Assembly: GCA_034439655.1 (NCBI GenBank)
Contig: JAWXAU010000159.1
Span: 22,526-86,525 of the forward strand
Length of the DNA: 64,000 bases
Reading direction: 5' to 3'
Source: Bacteroidota bacterium
GTDB taxonomy: Bacteria; Bacteroidota; Bacteroidia; UKL13-3
In this document: positions 47,880-61,300 of the stretch, in pieces
Layout: every line of letters starts with the position of its first letter
Position numbering within the stretch: the first letter of the stretch is position 1
Position numbers and translations under genes: made by a program
The notes under the pieces: generated by a model
What the model was told of the DNA's origin: nothing
Database searches by the model: none
What the model saw: only the letters and a program-made list of their open reading frames with translations

Positions 47880-48599
47880 TTATCCACCAAATCTCATCAC
47901 CTTAGTCGCATTCATATATATTCTAATATCGGGAGCATTTAATATTTGATTGGTAGGTATGAGCAAATATCTGATTTTGATACAGGTAATCAAACTTCCA
48001 GTTTTCAATTTTGATATAGCAGTTTTCATTTCTTTCGTGAACACAGCACCTTTGGCATATAGCGTATCAAACTTTGTATTATTGTTGAGCACCATCGCAA
48101 ATTCTACTACGCCACCCCTAAATATATCGTCGGCAGGGAAGGTGGCTGAGAGGTGGCCATAAGCCATTAGGTTCAGTTTCTCTGCAACACTGTCAGGTAT
48201 TACATCGTTTATTTTTATTAAAGGTTTAGGGACAGGACGTACTATATATTTTTTGTTGAGCAACAATACATTTTCGCCTTTTGAGTTGGTACCGTATATG
48301 TGCATGTTTGCAAATATAGCATTGTTCAAACCTTCTATCACCCACTCACTATCATTACGTCCCGATAGATATCGGGTTGCTTTTGCACCTTCCATGCTTA
48401 TATTACTTATTTTGCCGATAGAATTCGTAATAACAAATCTTTGCTTCATTCCTATATATAATACATTCACATTAGGAAGCACAGAAACTTCTTGCATGCT
48501 TGCTATTACTTTAATGATTCGAATAGAATCTTTTTGTGCAAAAAGGCAAATTGGAAAAAAGGCGAACGCCACCCATCCGCCACGGCGGAGTAGTGGCAT
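47880..48599 (-). CDS. hypothetical secreted protein
   Basis: Signal-like MPLLRRGGWVAFAFFPICLFAQ. The N-terminal codons lie in a GC-rich palindromic segment. Confidence 0.3.
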   Translation of the reverse strand: MPLLRRGGWVAFAFFPICLFAQKDSIRIIKVIASMQEVSVLPNVNVLYIGMKQRFVITNSIGKISNISMEGAKATRYLSGRNDSEWVIEGLNNAIFANMHIYGTNSKGENVLLLNKKYIVRPVPKPLIKINDVIPDSVAEKLNLMAYGHLSATFPADDIFRGGVVEFAMVLNNNTKFDTLYAKGAVFTKEMKTAISKLKTGSLITCIKIRYLLIPTNQILNAPDIRIYMNATKVMRFGG

Positions 48600-48680
48600 C
48601 CAGCCTCTTACAAAACACCTGCATCTGTATGCTGACATATCTTTATAACGTATTAATTAATTTTTTATTGTATAAAATCA

Positions 48681-50432
48681 TTAATTCAAATTCAAAAATT
48701 CTGCAATATCACCTTCAGTTTTCAAATCTTTTTCGCTCACCCGCATCGCAAAGGTAAGTTGATTGATTCCTTCTTTTTTCGGCTTTAATTTTTTTACCTC
48801 CGCGGGTTCTATCATGGCAATTTTCCCATCATTGGTTACCACCCAAAATGTAGTGGACGATTCTGGATTATAAGTTAAATTTGCTTTGTCACCTCCATTA
48901 GATATAGTATATAATGCATTACGTCCATGGTCGACCATATATAATGTAGTGAATGCTATCGTTTTTCCTTTATCGTCGGTAACACTTGCTAGAACTGTAG
49001 CTCCAGTGGGAAAAGAGCTAGGGCAATCGCCATTATACATTCCAAACTGACGGACTTGAAAAGCTCTATAACCTATACTTTGTATATAGGATGATTTGTT
49101 TTGTTTTTCCCAGGCTTCTGCTTGTTTCCTGCGAAATTCTTCCATGGCCTTTTCATACTTTGCAAAATCTTCTTTTTGTTTAGCTTCGTCTTCTATTAAT
49201 TTTTTCTGATTGCGTTCTTGATTAAGGACTTTACCTGTATATCTACTTTCATATTTTGCATATAAAGTATTATAAGTTTCCATAGCAGCATCATAATCTT
49301 TTCCAGTAAATACGGGACTGCAATTGGTCAGTGAATATATGCTAGGGTCACCGCCCCTATTGGCTTTTACCAACGTAAAATCATAATATCCTTCGGTTAT
49401 GCTTTTCATCATTTTCACATCTTCAAAATCATTCTTCTCAAAATTAGCAGGTAACTTATTATATTGTGCCAAAGGAATTTCGAACAATACATCTTTATAT
49501 ACTGCAATCTCTGGAAACTGCCCTGGGTCTACTTCTAGCTTAAAAGTATTTTTCATATCCTTTAGTTTGGCGGGCTTGGCAGGCTTGATTTCTGCAATTG
49601 GTTTATAAACAGGCTTTACAAAGGCTCCACTAGGAACAAGTATAGGTTTACTATCTTCTGCTTTAATAGCCTCTACGAAGGTAATTTCTGTATTTGTATC
49701 TACTGGTACTTTAATAATATCACTTTTGCTTGAAATTATTTCTTTTTTAGGTTTTTTAATTTCATCAATTGTCTCCTCAGTTTTCACCAACTCACTCTTC
49801 CCTAAATAAACCCAAGTTTTAGAAACAGTATCTAATACATATTTATTATATTTATTTTCGCCAAAAGCAGTACTCATTTTCACATTCAAACTTTTTCCTT
49901 CTGCAATCTTTATTGGAGCACCGCCTACAAAGCCTGTTAAATCAAACATCCCGGCAGATTCAAAAGTATATTTAGTTCCTGCACTATCATACGTCATGGG
50001 AATTCCTGATACAAAAAAATCTGTGGGTTTGCGAAACTCTCTATACTTTAAATCAATCATTCCTTTTACTATACTACCATCCATATTTGCAAAAGCATTG
50101 GCGGGAACTTCTATCATACTTCCACTGGGTAATATAATAGTTCCTCCTGTTGAGGCATTTATCTGCAAAGTAGTGTCGGGTAAGTTAACCCCAGTAATAG
50201 GAGGGTTTACAAAAGGTTGGGTTGATATTAAAGGAGCATCGGTTTTTAAATAACTGTAGGCCATAATGCCTACTACAGCTATAATACTTGCAGCCGCACT
50301 CCATAGCATCGGTTTATTATATACTTTTGGTTTGGGAGATGTGTTATAATTATTTAATAAACTCTCAAAATTTTTGCTTGATTCTATTTCTGCATCACCG
50401 ATGGGTGCTCGGTTTTTATTATACTTGTTCAT
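48681..50432 (-). CDS. putative anti-sigma factor (single TM, large extracytoplasmic domain)
   Basis: Cytoplasmic N-terminus, TM MLWSAAASIIAVVGIMAYSYL, about 500-aa periplasmic/outer part. Immediately downstream of the ECF sigma factor. Confidence 0.5.
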   Translation of the reverse strand: MNKYNKNRAPIGDAEIESSKNFESLLNNYNTSPKPKVYNKPMLWSAAASIIAVVGIMAYSYLKTDAPLISTQPFVNPPITGVNLPDTTLQINASTGGTIILPSGSMIEVPANAFANMDGSIVKGMIDLKYREFRKPTDFFVSGIPMTYDSAGTKYTFESAGMFDLTGFVGGAPIKIAEGKSLNVKMSTAFGENKYNKYVLDTVSKTWVYLGKSELVKTEETIDEIKKPKKEIISSKSDIIKVPVDTNTEITFVEAIKAEDSKPILVPSGAFVKPVYKPIAEIKPAKPAKLKDMKNTFKLEVDPGQFPEIAVYKDVLFEIPLAQYNKLPANFEKNDFEDVKMMKSITEGYYDFTLVKANRGGDPSIYSLTNCSPVFTGKDYDAAMETYNTLYAKYESRYTGKVLNQERNQKKLIEDEAKQKEDFAKYEKAMEEFRRKQAEAWEKQNKSSYIQSIGYRAFQVRQFGMYNGDCPSSFPTGATVLASVTDDKGKTIAFTTLYMVDHGRNALYTISNGGDKANLTYNPESSTTFWVVTNDGKIAMIEPAEVKKLKPKKEGINQLTFAMRVSEKDLKTEGDIAEFLNLN

Positions 50433-50444
50433 GATAATTCTTTT

Positions 50445-51014
50445 TTAATAGTTTTTGAAAATGTTACGTAATTTTTCCAATACACGGTACATTCGAGTTT
50501 TGCAGGTAGCCTCGGGAATGTCAATAATTTGGGCTATTTCGGCAAATGGCCGCTGCTCAAAATAACGCATCTCCACCAACCATAGCTCATCGGCATCAAG
50601 TTGGTTCAGGGCTTTGTATAATAGTTCATCGTCCTGCACCTGTGTGTCGGTCTCGCTCAACAACGGTGGTAATTCTTCGCTTTGCAGGTTAATAGTGCGT
50701 TGCACTTTGTTCTTGCGGAACATCATATTCATTTCGTTCACTGCAATGCGAAACATCCAAGCCATAAATGGCAAACCCTTGTCTCTATATGAATCCAACT
50801 TTACTAAAGCTTTCAGAAAAACCTGTTGGGTTACATCTGCCGCTTCATCTTTGCTATTGAGCCTACGGTATACGAATCGGAATAAATCTTTATAATACCG
50901 ATTGTATAGATGCTCAAATGCAGCAGGGTCTTTGCGTGCAGCACTTACCCATTCACTATCGTTGTTGGGCTTGTGCTGTGTGGTACTCATTTGGGTTTGT
51001 GATATAATGGCCAT
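50445..51014 (-). CDS. RNA polymerase ECF-type sigma-70 factor
   Basis: Region 2 (FEHLYNRYYKDLFRFVYRRL...DVTQQVFLK) and region 4 (ELWLVEMRYFEQRPFAEIAQII...TCKTRMYRVLEKLR). Confidence 0.85.
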   Translation of the reverse strand: MAIISQTQMSTTQHKPNNDSEWVSAARKDPAAFEHLYNRYYKDLFRFVYRRLNSKDEAADVTQQVFLKALVKLDSYRDKGLPFMAWMFRIAVNEMNMMFRKNKVQRTINLQSEELPPLLSETDTQVQDDELLYKALNQLDADELWLVEMRYFEQRPFAEIAQIIDIPEATCKTRMYRVLEKLRNIFKNY

Positions 51015-51263
51015 AGCTGTTGGCGGATTTGTATATGCTTAATGCAATACCTCATCAAAAGCTTCAAAACTTTTTCAAATTAAAATGTAAAAAATTGATT
51101 TACAATGAGGAAATATTTTTTCAAGCCGTCATTTTGAGTCCGATGGCTATCAGACTCGCTTCGAGACAAAAAATCTGTTGGAAGTTAAGTAATATTATTT
51201 TTTCGACATCGACCCGAACAGATTCTTCGCATTGAATCCCGATAAGTCGGGATCAGAATGACG

Positions 51264-51842
51264 TTAGGCCCCAGCAGCCCACTTCGCTGCATAACTCGCA
51301 GCAATATCTACAAAGTTTTTCATGCTCTTATCATATTGTAGATTTCCTTTCGAGCTTCCCGTTTCATCAATATGTTCGTGGGTACTGTAGCCCTCAAAAT
51401 AACGGGGACATATAAAACTATGGTAATTCATAATCCCCAAAACTTTGTTCAGCATAATACCCATTTGTATAATGGGCATCCTGCCACCACGACCATTGGA
51501 AACACCCGCCAGGGCAAATACTTTATTATGCCACATGGTCGTATATTCTTTGCCCGTCATTTGGTTGAAGAAGTTTACAATCTCTGCACTAGGCATCCAG
51601 TTATATTCTGGCGAAAGTATAAAAACCAATTCCGCTTTTTCCATATCGTTGTATAATGTTTGCTGGAAATTACTCAAACTTCCATGCTCCATTTTTCCCT
51701 GGCCTTCTAGTGGAATATCATAATGAGCAAAGTCTATTACACTAACTTCGTGATGTTCCTTCGCCAAGCTTTCTATAGCTTTGGCTAGTTTAACGGTATT
51801 AGAATTCCAGCGGGGTGAACCCGAGATGATGCAGATATTCAT
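51264..51842 (-). CDS. NAD(P)H-dependent FMN reductase-like oxidoreductase (flavodoxin-like fold)
   Basis: MNICIISGSPRWNSNTVKLAKAI matches the NADPH-dependent FMN reductase family N-terminus. 192 aa. Confidence 0.7.
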   Translation of the reverse strand: MNICIISGSPRWNSNTVKLAKAIESLAKEHHEVSVIDFAHYDIPLEGQGKMEHGSLSNFQQTLYNDMEKAELVFILSPEYNWMPSAEIVNFFNQMTGKEYTTMWHNKVFALAGVSNGRGGRMPIIQMGIMLNKVLGIMNYHSFICPRYFEGYSTHEHIDETGSSKGNLQYDKSMKNFVDIAASYAAKWAAGA

Positions 51843-52123
51843 GTGATGTATTGTGTTGCAAGGTATAACAACTTACGATATTTTCAAACAGATTTGTGCG
51901 GACATTGTTTTATTGACTCTGACCCGTAGCTAAAAAAAATTGATTATTGACTATTGATAGTAAAAAGTAAAGTGTAAACAAAAAATTGGGTTTTATAGAT
52001 ATTGTATATTTCAAACAGTTCATGACTTGGTTGGTGAGGACACCAACCAAGTCATGCAGTCCCTGCCCTATGTCCTTTCAATACGTGTCCAGAAGAGGTG
52101 ACAGCCCGCCCATAAAGGGACTT

Positions 52124-52250
52124 TATACCAATTCTTAACCTAAAATAGTCCTCCGCCTGTGGCGGATTTGGTTTGTAGAATGGTAATGCCGAACTACAAT
52201 ACATTTAGTCCCTTTCTTTTGGACTATTATATATTGAGTTTCGGTATTAA
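52124..52250. repeat. interspersed repeat element, copy D (short form; flanked by aaagggac/gtcccttt inverted repeat)
   Basis: tataccaattcttaacctaaaatagtcctccgcctgtggcggatttggtttgtagaatggtaatgccgaactaca...ctttcttttggactattatatattgagtttcggtatta. Confidence 0.8.
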
Positions 52251-52366
52251 TATAAAAAGCAAAAATCTTACGAACACATCAAATGTCCTCACCAAAGAGC
52301 AATTTCTTATTGCAAACTATATCTTAAGCAGGTTTGCGAAGATTGTTTTTTTAGGATATTTATACA

Positions 52367-55300
52367 CTATCTAATCAAAGTCAGCGACCCAATTGTATTA
52401 TATAAGCCATTAGGATACAGCTTGCCTGGCCATACACTTCCATCAATAAAGGTAGCGTCAATTTTCCAAACATAAACATCTTGCTTGCAGGGTTTTCCCT
52501 TCCAAGTTCCGTCCCACGATTCTTTGGGTTTGGTGCCCTCCAATTCGGTGCTCTCCCAAATTAATTCACCCCAAGTAGTAAATACACGTACATGATACGT
52601 TTGCAATCCCACACCCTGCGGTTGGAATACTGCTGCATCGTTTTTAAATCCATCAGGGCTCATCGCATTGCTCACCCACAATCCTTTCATCAGCTCCACA
52701 TGTATTGTTTGTACAAAAGTATCATAACAACCAAAATTGGTATTCACGATTAAAGTTACTATATAATCTTTGGGTTGTTGATAGCGATGTGTCGGATGTT
52801 CATCGACCGATTGTGTACCATCGCCGAAGTTCCAGAAGTAGGAAATTGCTCCCACACTTTGGTTGGTAAATTTAATGGTGCCCGATGGTGGTGGCCCATC
52901 ATCGACCCATGTAAAACCTGCTAATGGCAAGGGGTATACGATAATCGTATCTTCATTCGCTGTATCAAAACAGTTACCATTTTTTATAATTAAAGTTGGC
53001 ATATAAGTTCCCGCTTTATCATATATATGCGTAGGCGATGCTATAATACTACCTTGCCCATCGTTAAAATTCCAGAAATTGAAAGTATTATTGGTGCTTA
53101 CGTTTTCAAATTCTACCACCAAAGGTTCGCAACCTGCATGTGGTTTCAATTTAAAAATTGCTTTGGGTTGTATCGCTACTATATAAGGCAAGGTCATAGA
53201 GTCCATGCAACCCGCAGTAGTAATAGCTGTGAGCACAACATTATAGGTTCCATTATTTATATATATTGCAGTAGGACTTGTTAATGTGGATGTCTTCCCA
53301 TTTCCCAATTCCCAAATATATGCCGTAGCGTTTTGACTTATATTAATACAATTTGCAGTAATTGGAGTATCGCATGCTGCGGTTGGATTTATATAGAAGT
53401 TCGCAGTAGGATCTTGATATACTACTGCATGGTGTTTTGAAGTATCACTACAACGATATTGGTTGAAAGTTATGAGGTTTGGATAATAATTCCCTGGCTG
53501 TATATAACCATGAGTGGGCGATGCAAGAGTAGAATTATTATTTACACCACCGCTTAAAGGATCATCAAAATCCCATAACCAACTCACTGCATCGCTGCTA
53601 CTTTGGTCGGTAAATTTAAGAATAAGTTGCACACATTCTGCAGTATCACTCAAACTGAAATCAGATTTTGGCTTAGGGGTAACTGTATATATATGATTGG
53701 TGGAATCGCTACAGCCATAGTCAGAAGTAACCCATAGTCTTACTGTATAATTTCCAGCAGTATTATAGAAGGTTGATGGGTTCTTAAGTACAGATGTTTT
53801 CCCATTTCCAAAATCCCAGAACGATTTTAATGCTCCAAAATCAATGGTACTTTGGTTAAAATAATCGTAAGCTTGATTGTTCACACATTGCGAATCTTGG
53901 TTCACTGCAAATAAGGCAACAGGCATAGCACGCACTACTACTGCACGTTTCAGCGTGTCCACACAACCCATATCCGAAGTGGCAATGAGAGAAATTATAT
54001 AAGTTCCTGCCACACTATAACTATGTGTTTGTTGACCACTACCACTGTTTATAGTGCTATTACCATCGCCATAATACCAATCGTAAGTCATGGTGCCACT
54101 TAGTATACTACAGTTGTTTGTATATATAAATGAATTCCCTGTGAGACATTGGTCCGTATCATTAATAGCAAATGCTACTGTGGGTTTGGGCCATACTGTA
54201 ATTTGTTTGGTAATAGAATCTTCACAACCTAATTGTGTGGTTACAACCAATTTTACATTATAAGTTCCTGCACTTGTATATACATGCGAAGGTGATTGTG
54301 CGGTTGATGTTTTACCATCACCGAAATCCCAAGCGTAGAAAAGGTTTCCGCCAGGTATGGTGGTTAAATTTATATAAGAAAAACTATTAATATTCAAACA
54401 TTGTGATTGTGTATTGATAGCAAAATCTACCGTAGGTTTGGGAGCTACTATAATACTATTTGTAACAGAATCTTTACAACCAAAATCGCTAATCGCAACT
54501 AGTTTTATATCATACATTCCATAGTTTGCATAAGTATGTGATACATTCTTAGAACTATTGTTAATGGATGTTTGAGCATCGCCAAAGTACCAGTCATACT
54601 GCATGCTTCCACTAAATATCGTACTGTTATTGGTATATATAAAATTTTGATAATTCACACATTGCATCGAATCATTCACCGTGAATATAGGTGAAGGTTT
54701 GGGCCAAACTATAATAGTATGGGTAACAGAATCTGTGCACCCAAAACTACTGTTTACTTTTAGTTTTATATTATATGTTCCTGCTGTGGCATAACTATGC
54801 TTTACCGCAGATTGATTGTTCCCTGTATTTTGTGTATTGCCATCGCCAAAATCCCAGAAAAGACTGAGGGTGCCATAAGGTATAGTAGCGGTTGGTGTGT
54901 ATTTAAATGTATTGCCGTTGAGACACATATTGGTATCGCTCAATATAAAATCTAATGTTGGTTTTGGACGAACATACACCGTTTTTGTGAGTGAATCCAC
55001 ACATCCATTATCCGTTGTTGCATACAATGTTACTTTATATACTCCAGTATCTGCATAAGTATATGTTGGGTTTGTAGCAGTGGAGTTTTGTCCATCACCG
55101 AAAAGCCAATTATAATCATTATAACCACTGCTCACACTAGATGAATTTGTGAATGAGAAAAACTGACTGTTCACACATTGATCAGTATCATTAATAGCAT
55201 ATACCATGTTTGGTTTAGGCCACACTATAATAGTATGTGCAGCCGAATCTATACAACCTTGTGTAGTGGTTGCCAGTAATCGAACTATATATGTTCCTGA

Positions 55301-58300
55301 AACTGTATAACTATGATTTGCAGCAGTAGTACTTGCTACTATAATATTTTGTTTTCCATCACCCCACTTCCAGGTGAAACTAGTCAAACCTGCTGCGGCA
55401 CTAGCATTTGCAGTAAAATTAAACTGTTGTGTATTTACACATTGCAATGAGTCGTTCACACTAAAATCAACAAGCGGAAGTTTGTTTACTACTATTTGTC
55501 GGGTAGCAGAATCAATACAGCCGTCAGATCCCGTCATCGTCATTATCATAGTATATGTTCCTGCTGTGAACCAATTATGTTTTATGGTACGTCCTGTGTC
55601 GGTAACACCATCGCCAAAATCCCATTCCACTTTTTGTGGATTTACATTGGGGCTTTGATAGGTTCCCTTAACACCCAAACATAATATCGTATCAATGGCA
55701 ACAATTTTTAAAGTATCATTGCCACCAATCTTAATTAATTTGGAAGTAGAATCCACACAACCATTTACAGTGGTAACTTTTAATTTGAGTTTATATATTC
55801 CAGGTTTTGCCCAAGTATGATTTACGGAGTTAAATACGTTAGATGTTTGGCCGTCGCCGAAATCCCAAACGGCTGCAGCAGCATTGCTGCTCGATATATT
55901 ATTGAATGACAATGTTCCGGGGAAACAAGCAAATGTATCAATGGCACTAATACCCGCTTTTGGCTTCGCATATACTGTTATAGTGGTAAACGCAGAATCG
56001 CTGCAGCCATTTACATTGTTATTAACTAGACGAACTTTGTAAGTAGTATCGTTTCCTAAAGTAGTATATGTTTGTTGTGGATTGATATTGGTTGAAGTAT
56101 TTCCATTCCCAAAATCCCAGAAATAATTGTTGGTATGGGTAGAACCCAATGCACTAAAATTAACTACCAAAGCTTCGCAACCATTGGTGGCAGAAGCTGA
56201 CAATGATGGGACAGGTTTATTATATATAGTTATATATTTACTAAAAGTGTCAACACAAGTCTGACCCGTAGAATCAATATTGCGGGCACTAAGTATCACT
56301 TTATATATTCCACCACTATCATATAAATGATTTGGACTTGTAGCAATGGAAGTATCGCCATCTCCAAAATTCCAACTATAACTATTGGCATTAATTGTTT
56401 TATTGGTGAAATATACAGTTCCAGGTTCACAATATTTTCCTGAATCACTAAAGCTCACGATTGGAGGGTCGGTAACAAGGATCGCAATATATATAGAAGT
56501 ATCACTACAGGCATTTGCGGCATTCATCTCCACATTATATATTCCTGCTTTGGTAAAAGTCCATTGTGCATTTTTGGTATTCGTTCCATTCACACTATCA
56601 AACTTCCATGTAAACGAATTTGCACCTGTAGTATTGTTGGTAAAGGTTACTGTAAGTGGATTACAACCTTGTCCGTTTGCTGGTAATATAGAAGTGAGGG
56701 GAACAATACTATTCGGATATACAATTAACTGATGTGTTTGACTATCGACTCCACATTGATTATAAGCCCAAAGTTTCACATAAAATGTATCGGTACTTCC
56801 TACTATATAAGTATGTGTTCTGTTCAATTTATTTTTAACGGTATCGATGGGGGTTCCGTCGCCAAAATCCCAAACCATATAGTCGGTAACTAAGTTAGAA
56901 TCGATACCCAAGGTAGTATTTACAAAAACTGCTTTAAAGGGCGAACAACCTACTTGCTTAAGCGGCGTAACAAAGGCATAAGGTGTTGTTCTTATTCTCA
57001 CAGAGTCTATAATAGTTGCAGTATCACAATTATTCCATGCGGTGAACTTAACTATATAAGTACTGTCTTTCCCTGTTTTGTTTAAACCATAATTTACGGT
57101 ACTTGGATTTAATAAATTAGAACTATCGCCATTCCCAAAAAGCCACTTATATTTTACATGCGTACCTGCTAAATTATTGGTAATAAATCCTGTGAATTTC
57201 ACATTGGGATTACAGGTAAGTGTATCACTTTGTGTAGTGGTAATATGGGGCGGTTCAAGTACTGTAAGCCTAGCACTATCAATAGTTATACGGCATTCGT
57301 TCACCGCAGTGAGTTTCAGTTTATAGATACCTTCATTTGTATAATTATGCGAAAAATTATTTTTAACCGTAGTAGTTAAAAATGTAGTATCTCCAAAGTC
57401 CCAAAAGAAAGTATCTACATTTCCGAAGGATAGATTTTGTATATTTAGCGTAGCAGTTCCGCCATGAGTGCATAATAAAGTATCTGATATACTAAACTGA
57501 GAAGTTGGTCCGGGCTTCACGTTGATAGTGCGGTTCACCGTGTCTTTACAACCAAATGATGATGTAACAAAAAGTGTAATAGTATATACTGTATCTTGCG
57601 TATTGCTTGAGTTATAAGTATGTGTCGGGTTTGTTGCAGTATCAGCATTTCCATCACCTAAATCCCAATTGTAATTCATGGAAGTATTGGAAGTGCTTTG
57701 GTTGGTAAACGTAACTAAAACAGGGCCACAAGAATTAATGCTATCGGCCACAAAAGCTCCACGGGGCCTAGGGTGCACGGTGAATGTATTTGTAATAGTA
57801 TCTTTACAACCATTATTTCCTGTGGCAATTAATTTAATGGTATATATACTATCAGCAGTGCCTTTATTTTCAGGAACAGTAACTGTTGGATTTGTTGCAG
57901 TGGTACTGCTAATTGTTATATTGGTATGCGTAGTACTCCACTTATAACTTAATGCATACAATGAATTATTCTGCAAATTAAATACCGCTGGACCACAGCT
58001 ATTGGTAGGGTTCACATCGAATGATGCAATAGGTCTGCTGGGCAAAACAATCGGCAAAGAAATAGAATCGAAACATCCAAAAATAGATTTGGCAATTTGT
58101 TTTACTGTATAATTTTTATAGGCTCCTGTTTTGTTGTCAGGTAAATTTATAGTGGTAGAAGTTGATGCACTATCATTTGCTATAACCACACTTGTATCTG
58201 GAATTACTCGCCACAAGTATGATTTAATGAGCGGAACAAGCGATGAACTATTGGTTGCGGTAAATGCGAAAGGCCAACAAATGGTGTCCGTTGATAAACC

Positions 58301-61300
58301 AAAATTAGGATTGGGAAGTGGCTTTGCCGTCACCGTTTTACTAATGCTATCTTTACAACCCGAACCTGCAGATACCACCAATTTAACCGTATAAATCGAA
58401 TCGACGATTCCTGAATTATTATAGTTAATATTTGTTGGGTTTTGAATTGTTGAAGTTTGCCCATTGCCTAGTGTCCACTCATATACCAAACCACTGGTAG
58501 GCGTTGACGCATCCGCAAGATTAATTACAAATTGATGGCAGCCTACGGTATCACTTCGCACAAAATTTGGAGTAGGGTTAGCGATGGTTCTGAACCATAG
58601 CTTTTGCGTATCATTTTTGCATCCGTTCTTACTAATTGCCACCAAACTAATTAATATAGAATCGTTGGCATTGGTGATACTGGTGCCTGGAAAAGATAAA
58701 GTAGCACCCGTTTGCGTTGCACCAAGTTGTGTAGCATTTGTAAACCATTTGTATTGGCTATTGGCAGTACCATAATGCGTCGCAGAAATTTTAGAAGTCG
58801 GAATATTATAGGGAGCACAACTCACGCTATCAGTAGCGGTGAAGTATGCTTTTGCATCAGGTCTTATAGTTAAGTAAGTAGATTGTGTATCTAAACAATT
58901 ATATATATTGGTAGTGGTGAGTGAAATATTATATATACTATCATTTACTGAGGTATTATAATAAATTAAACTCGTATCTCTACTTGTTGCAGAAATTCCG
59001 TTACCATAATTCCAATTGTAGTTTAATCCATTATAAGGAGAAGAATTATTGCTAATATATATCCTCACGGGTCCACAAGTATCAGCACGTGACAACGCCA
59101 GTGCAGCAAGAGGTGTGGGATATAGGTTATAGGACTTGATAATTGTATCTTTACATCCTCCACTCGTAGTTGCAATATTTTTGATTGTATATGTTTTGAT
59201 AACACTATCTATATAATTTCCAAAGGTGAATGTGGGATTTGTTGCCGCACTGCTGCTTAAAAAAACTCCAGTGGCCGGAGCTATACTCCAATTGTAACTG
59301 GCAGCAAATTGACTACTATTACTTACAATAAATGTATCGGGGCCGCAGGAAGCAGTATCGCTAGTGAAAGCTGCAATGGGACGTGTTTTCACAGTTAAAG
59401 CAGATATCGTCGAATCTATACAACCTTTGTTTGTGGTAGCAATTAATCGTATATTAAAATTACTATCACTTCCTGTTTGATTATCGCCAAATATAAATGA
59501 GGGGTTTTTTATTATACTACTTTTCACCACAGCTCCTGAATATATAATATTCCAATTCCAAGTTGATACCGTAGGTACTGCTGCCGTATTATTGGAGGGG
59601 CTTAAAGTAACAGGTGCACACACACTACTGGTATAAGTAAATGTAGGGGTTGGCTTTGGATTTATAACAACTGGTTTTGATAAAGTATCAATACATCCAA
59701 AAGTAGAAGTGATGGTTAATTTATTTATATAAGTTCCTCCTGTTGGATATATATGTGTAGGGTTCACTACAGAAGAACTATCCCCATCTCCAAATTTCCA
59801 ACTATATATGTTTCCCGATGCTGATGAGAAGGTAGATGAATCTGTAAATGTTGTTGTTAAACGCTGACAAACCGTGTCGTTACTGTATTTAGCTAAGGGT
59901 CTACTATGTATAGTAAATGTTTTTTGTATAGAATCGGTACATGCACTTGCAGTGGTACTATATAACCAAATGTTAAACGAACTATCGATTCCCGATTGAT
60001 TGCCATTAAAAGTAAAAGTAGGATTTGCTAATGTAGAAGTTTTATATAAACTTGAACCATCATTCACATTCCATTTCCAACTTGATATAGCCGGCGATGC
60101 TGCGGTATTATTGCTAGGGCTAATGCTAGCAGGAACACAAAAATCGGTACCGACCGTAAACATAGGTTGTGATGATGGGTGAACGACGATATTTTTAGCA
60201 ATAGAATCTTTACAACCTGCTCCGGCAAGACCTATCAATTTTACTTTCCATGTGGTATCAGAAGTACCAGTATTGGTAAATGTATAATATAAGGAATCGG
60301 TTTGTGTACTTGTATTACTTGAGTTGCCAAACTGCCATTGATAGGCCAAGCCTGTGGGTGTTGATGTATTGGTAAACAGTACAATTAAGGGATTACAACC
60401 AATCGTATCACTTCTCACAAAATTGGGTTGTGGATTGGTAATAGTCTTGAACCACATTTGTATACTATCATCCTTACAACCTTTGAGCGAAGTAACTTTT
60501 AATTTAATCAATACCGAATCGTTTGAGTTGGTAATAGTATAGCCTGGGAAGGTAGCCGCAGAACCAATCAGACTTCCATTCGCATACCACTTATAAGTAC
60601 TATTGGCATTCGTAAATAGCTGGGTTGAAATAACAGAAGTGTCAATCACGAAAGGAGCACAGCCCGATGTATTGGTAGCATTATATATAGCTTTTGCATT
60701 GGGTTTTATATTCACGGTGCGTACACTATCATCAAAACACCCCAAACTTGATTTAGCTTTAAGTGTAATGGAATATCCAGAATCATTTCCTGAAGTATTA
60801 TAATATATAATTGAAGTATCTTTAATAGTTGAACTCACGCCATTTCCAAAATCCCAATTATAGGTGGTGCCCGCAGAGGGAGTGGTTGTATTTGTTAAAT
60901 ATACACGCAAGGGCCCACAGCTATCTATATTACTCATGGTAAATTTAGCATTGGGGTCAGCATATACTTTTACTGTATCATTCAATGAGTCCTTACAGCC
61001 ACCAGCATTTGCAATAACGAGTTTTATAATATAATTGATAGTACTACCCGTTTGATTTCTTGCTAAAGTTATTATGGGCTGGGCAATTGTCGTATTACTA
61101 AATGAAGTACTCGGATTGCTGCTCCAGTTATAACCTGTCGCATTCAAACTATTATTTTGAATCGTGAATACTATAGGGCCACAACTATCATTCACAAAGG
61201 TATACAATGCTTTTGGTCGACTCTTTATAGTTATAGTAACCGTGGTCGAATCTTTACAACCATCTTTGCTAGTAGCTTTTAATTTTATAGTATAATTAGA

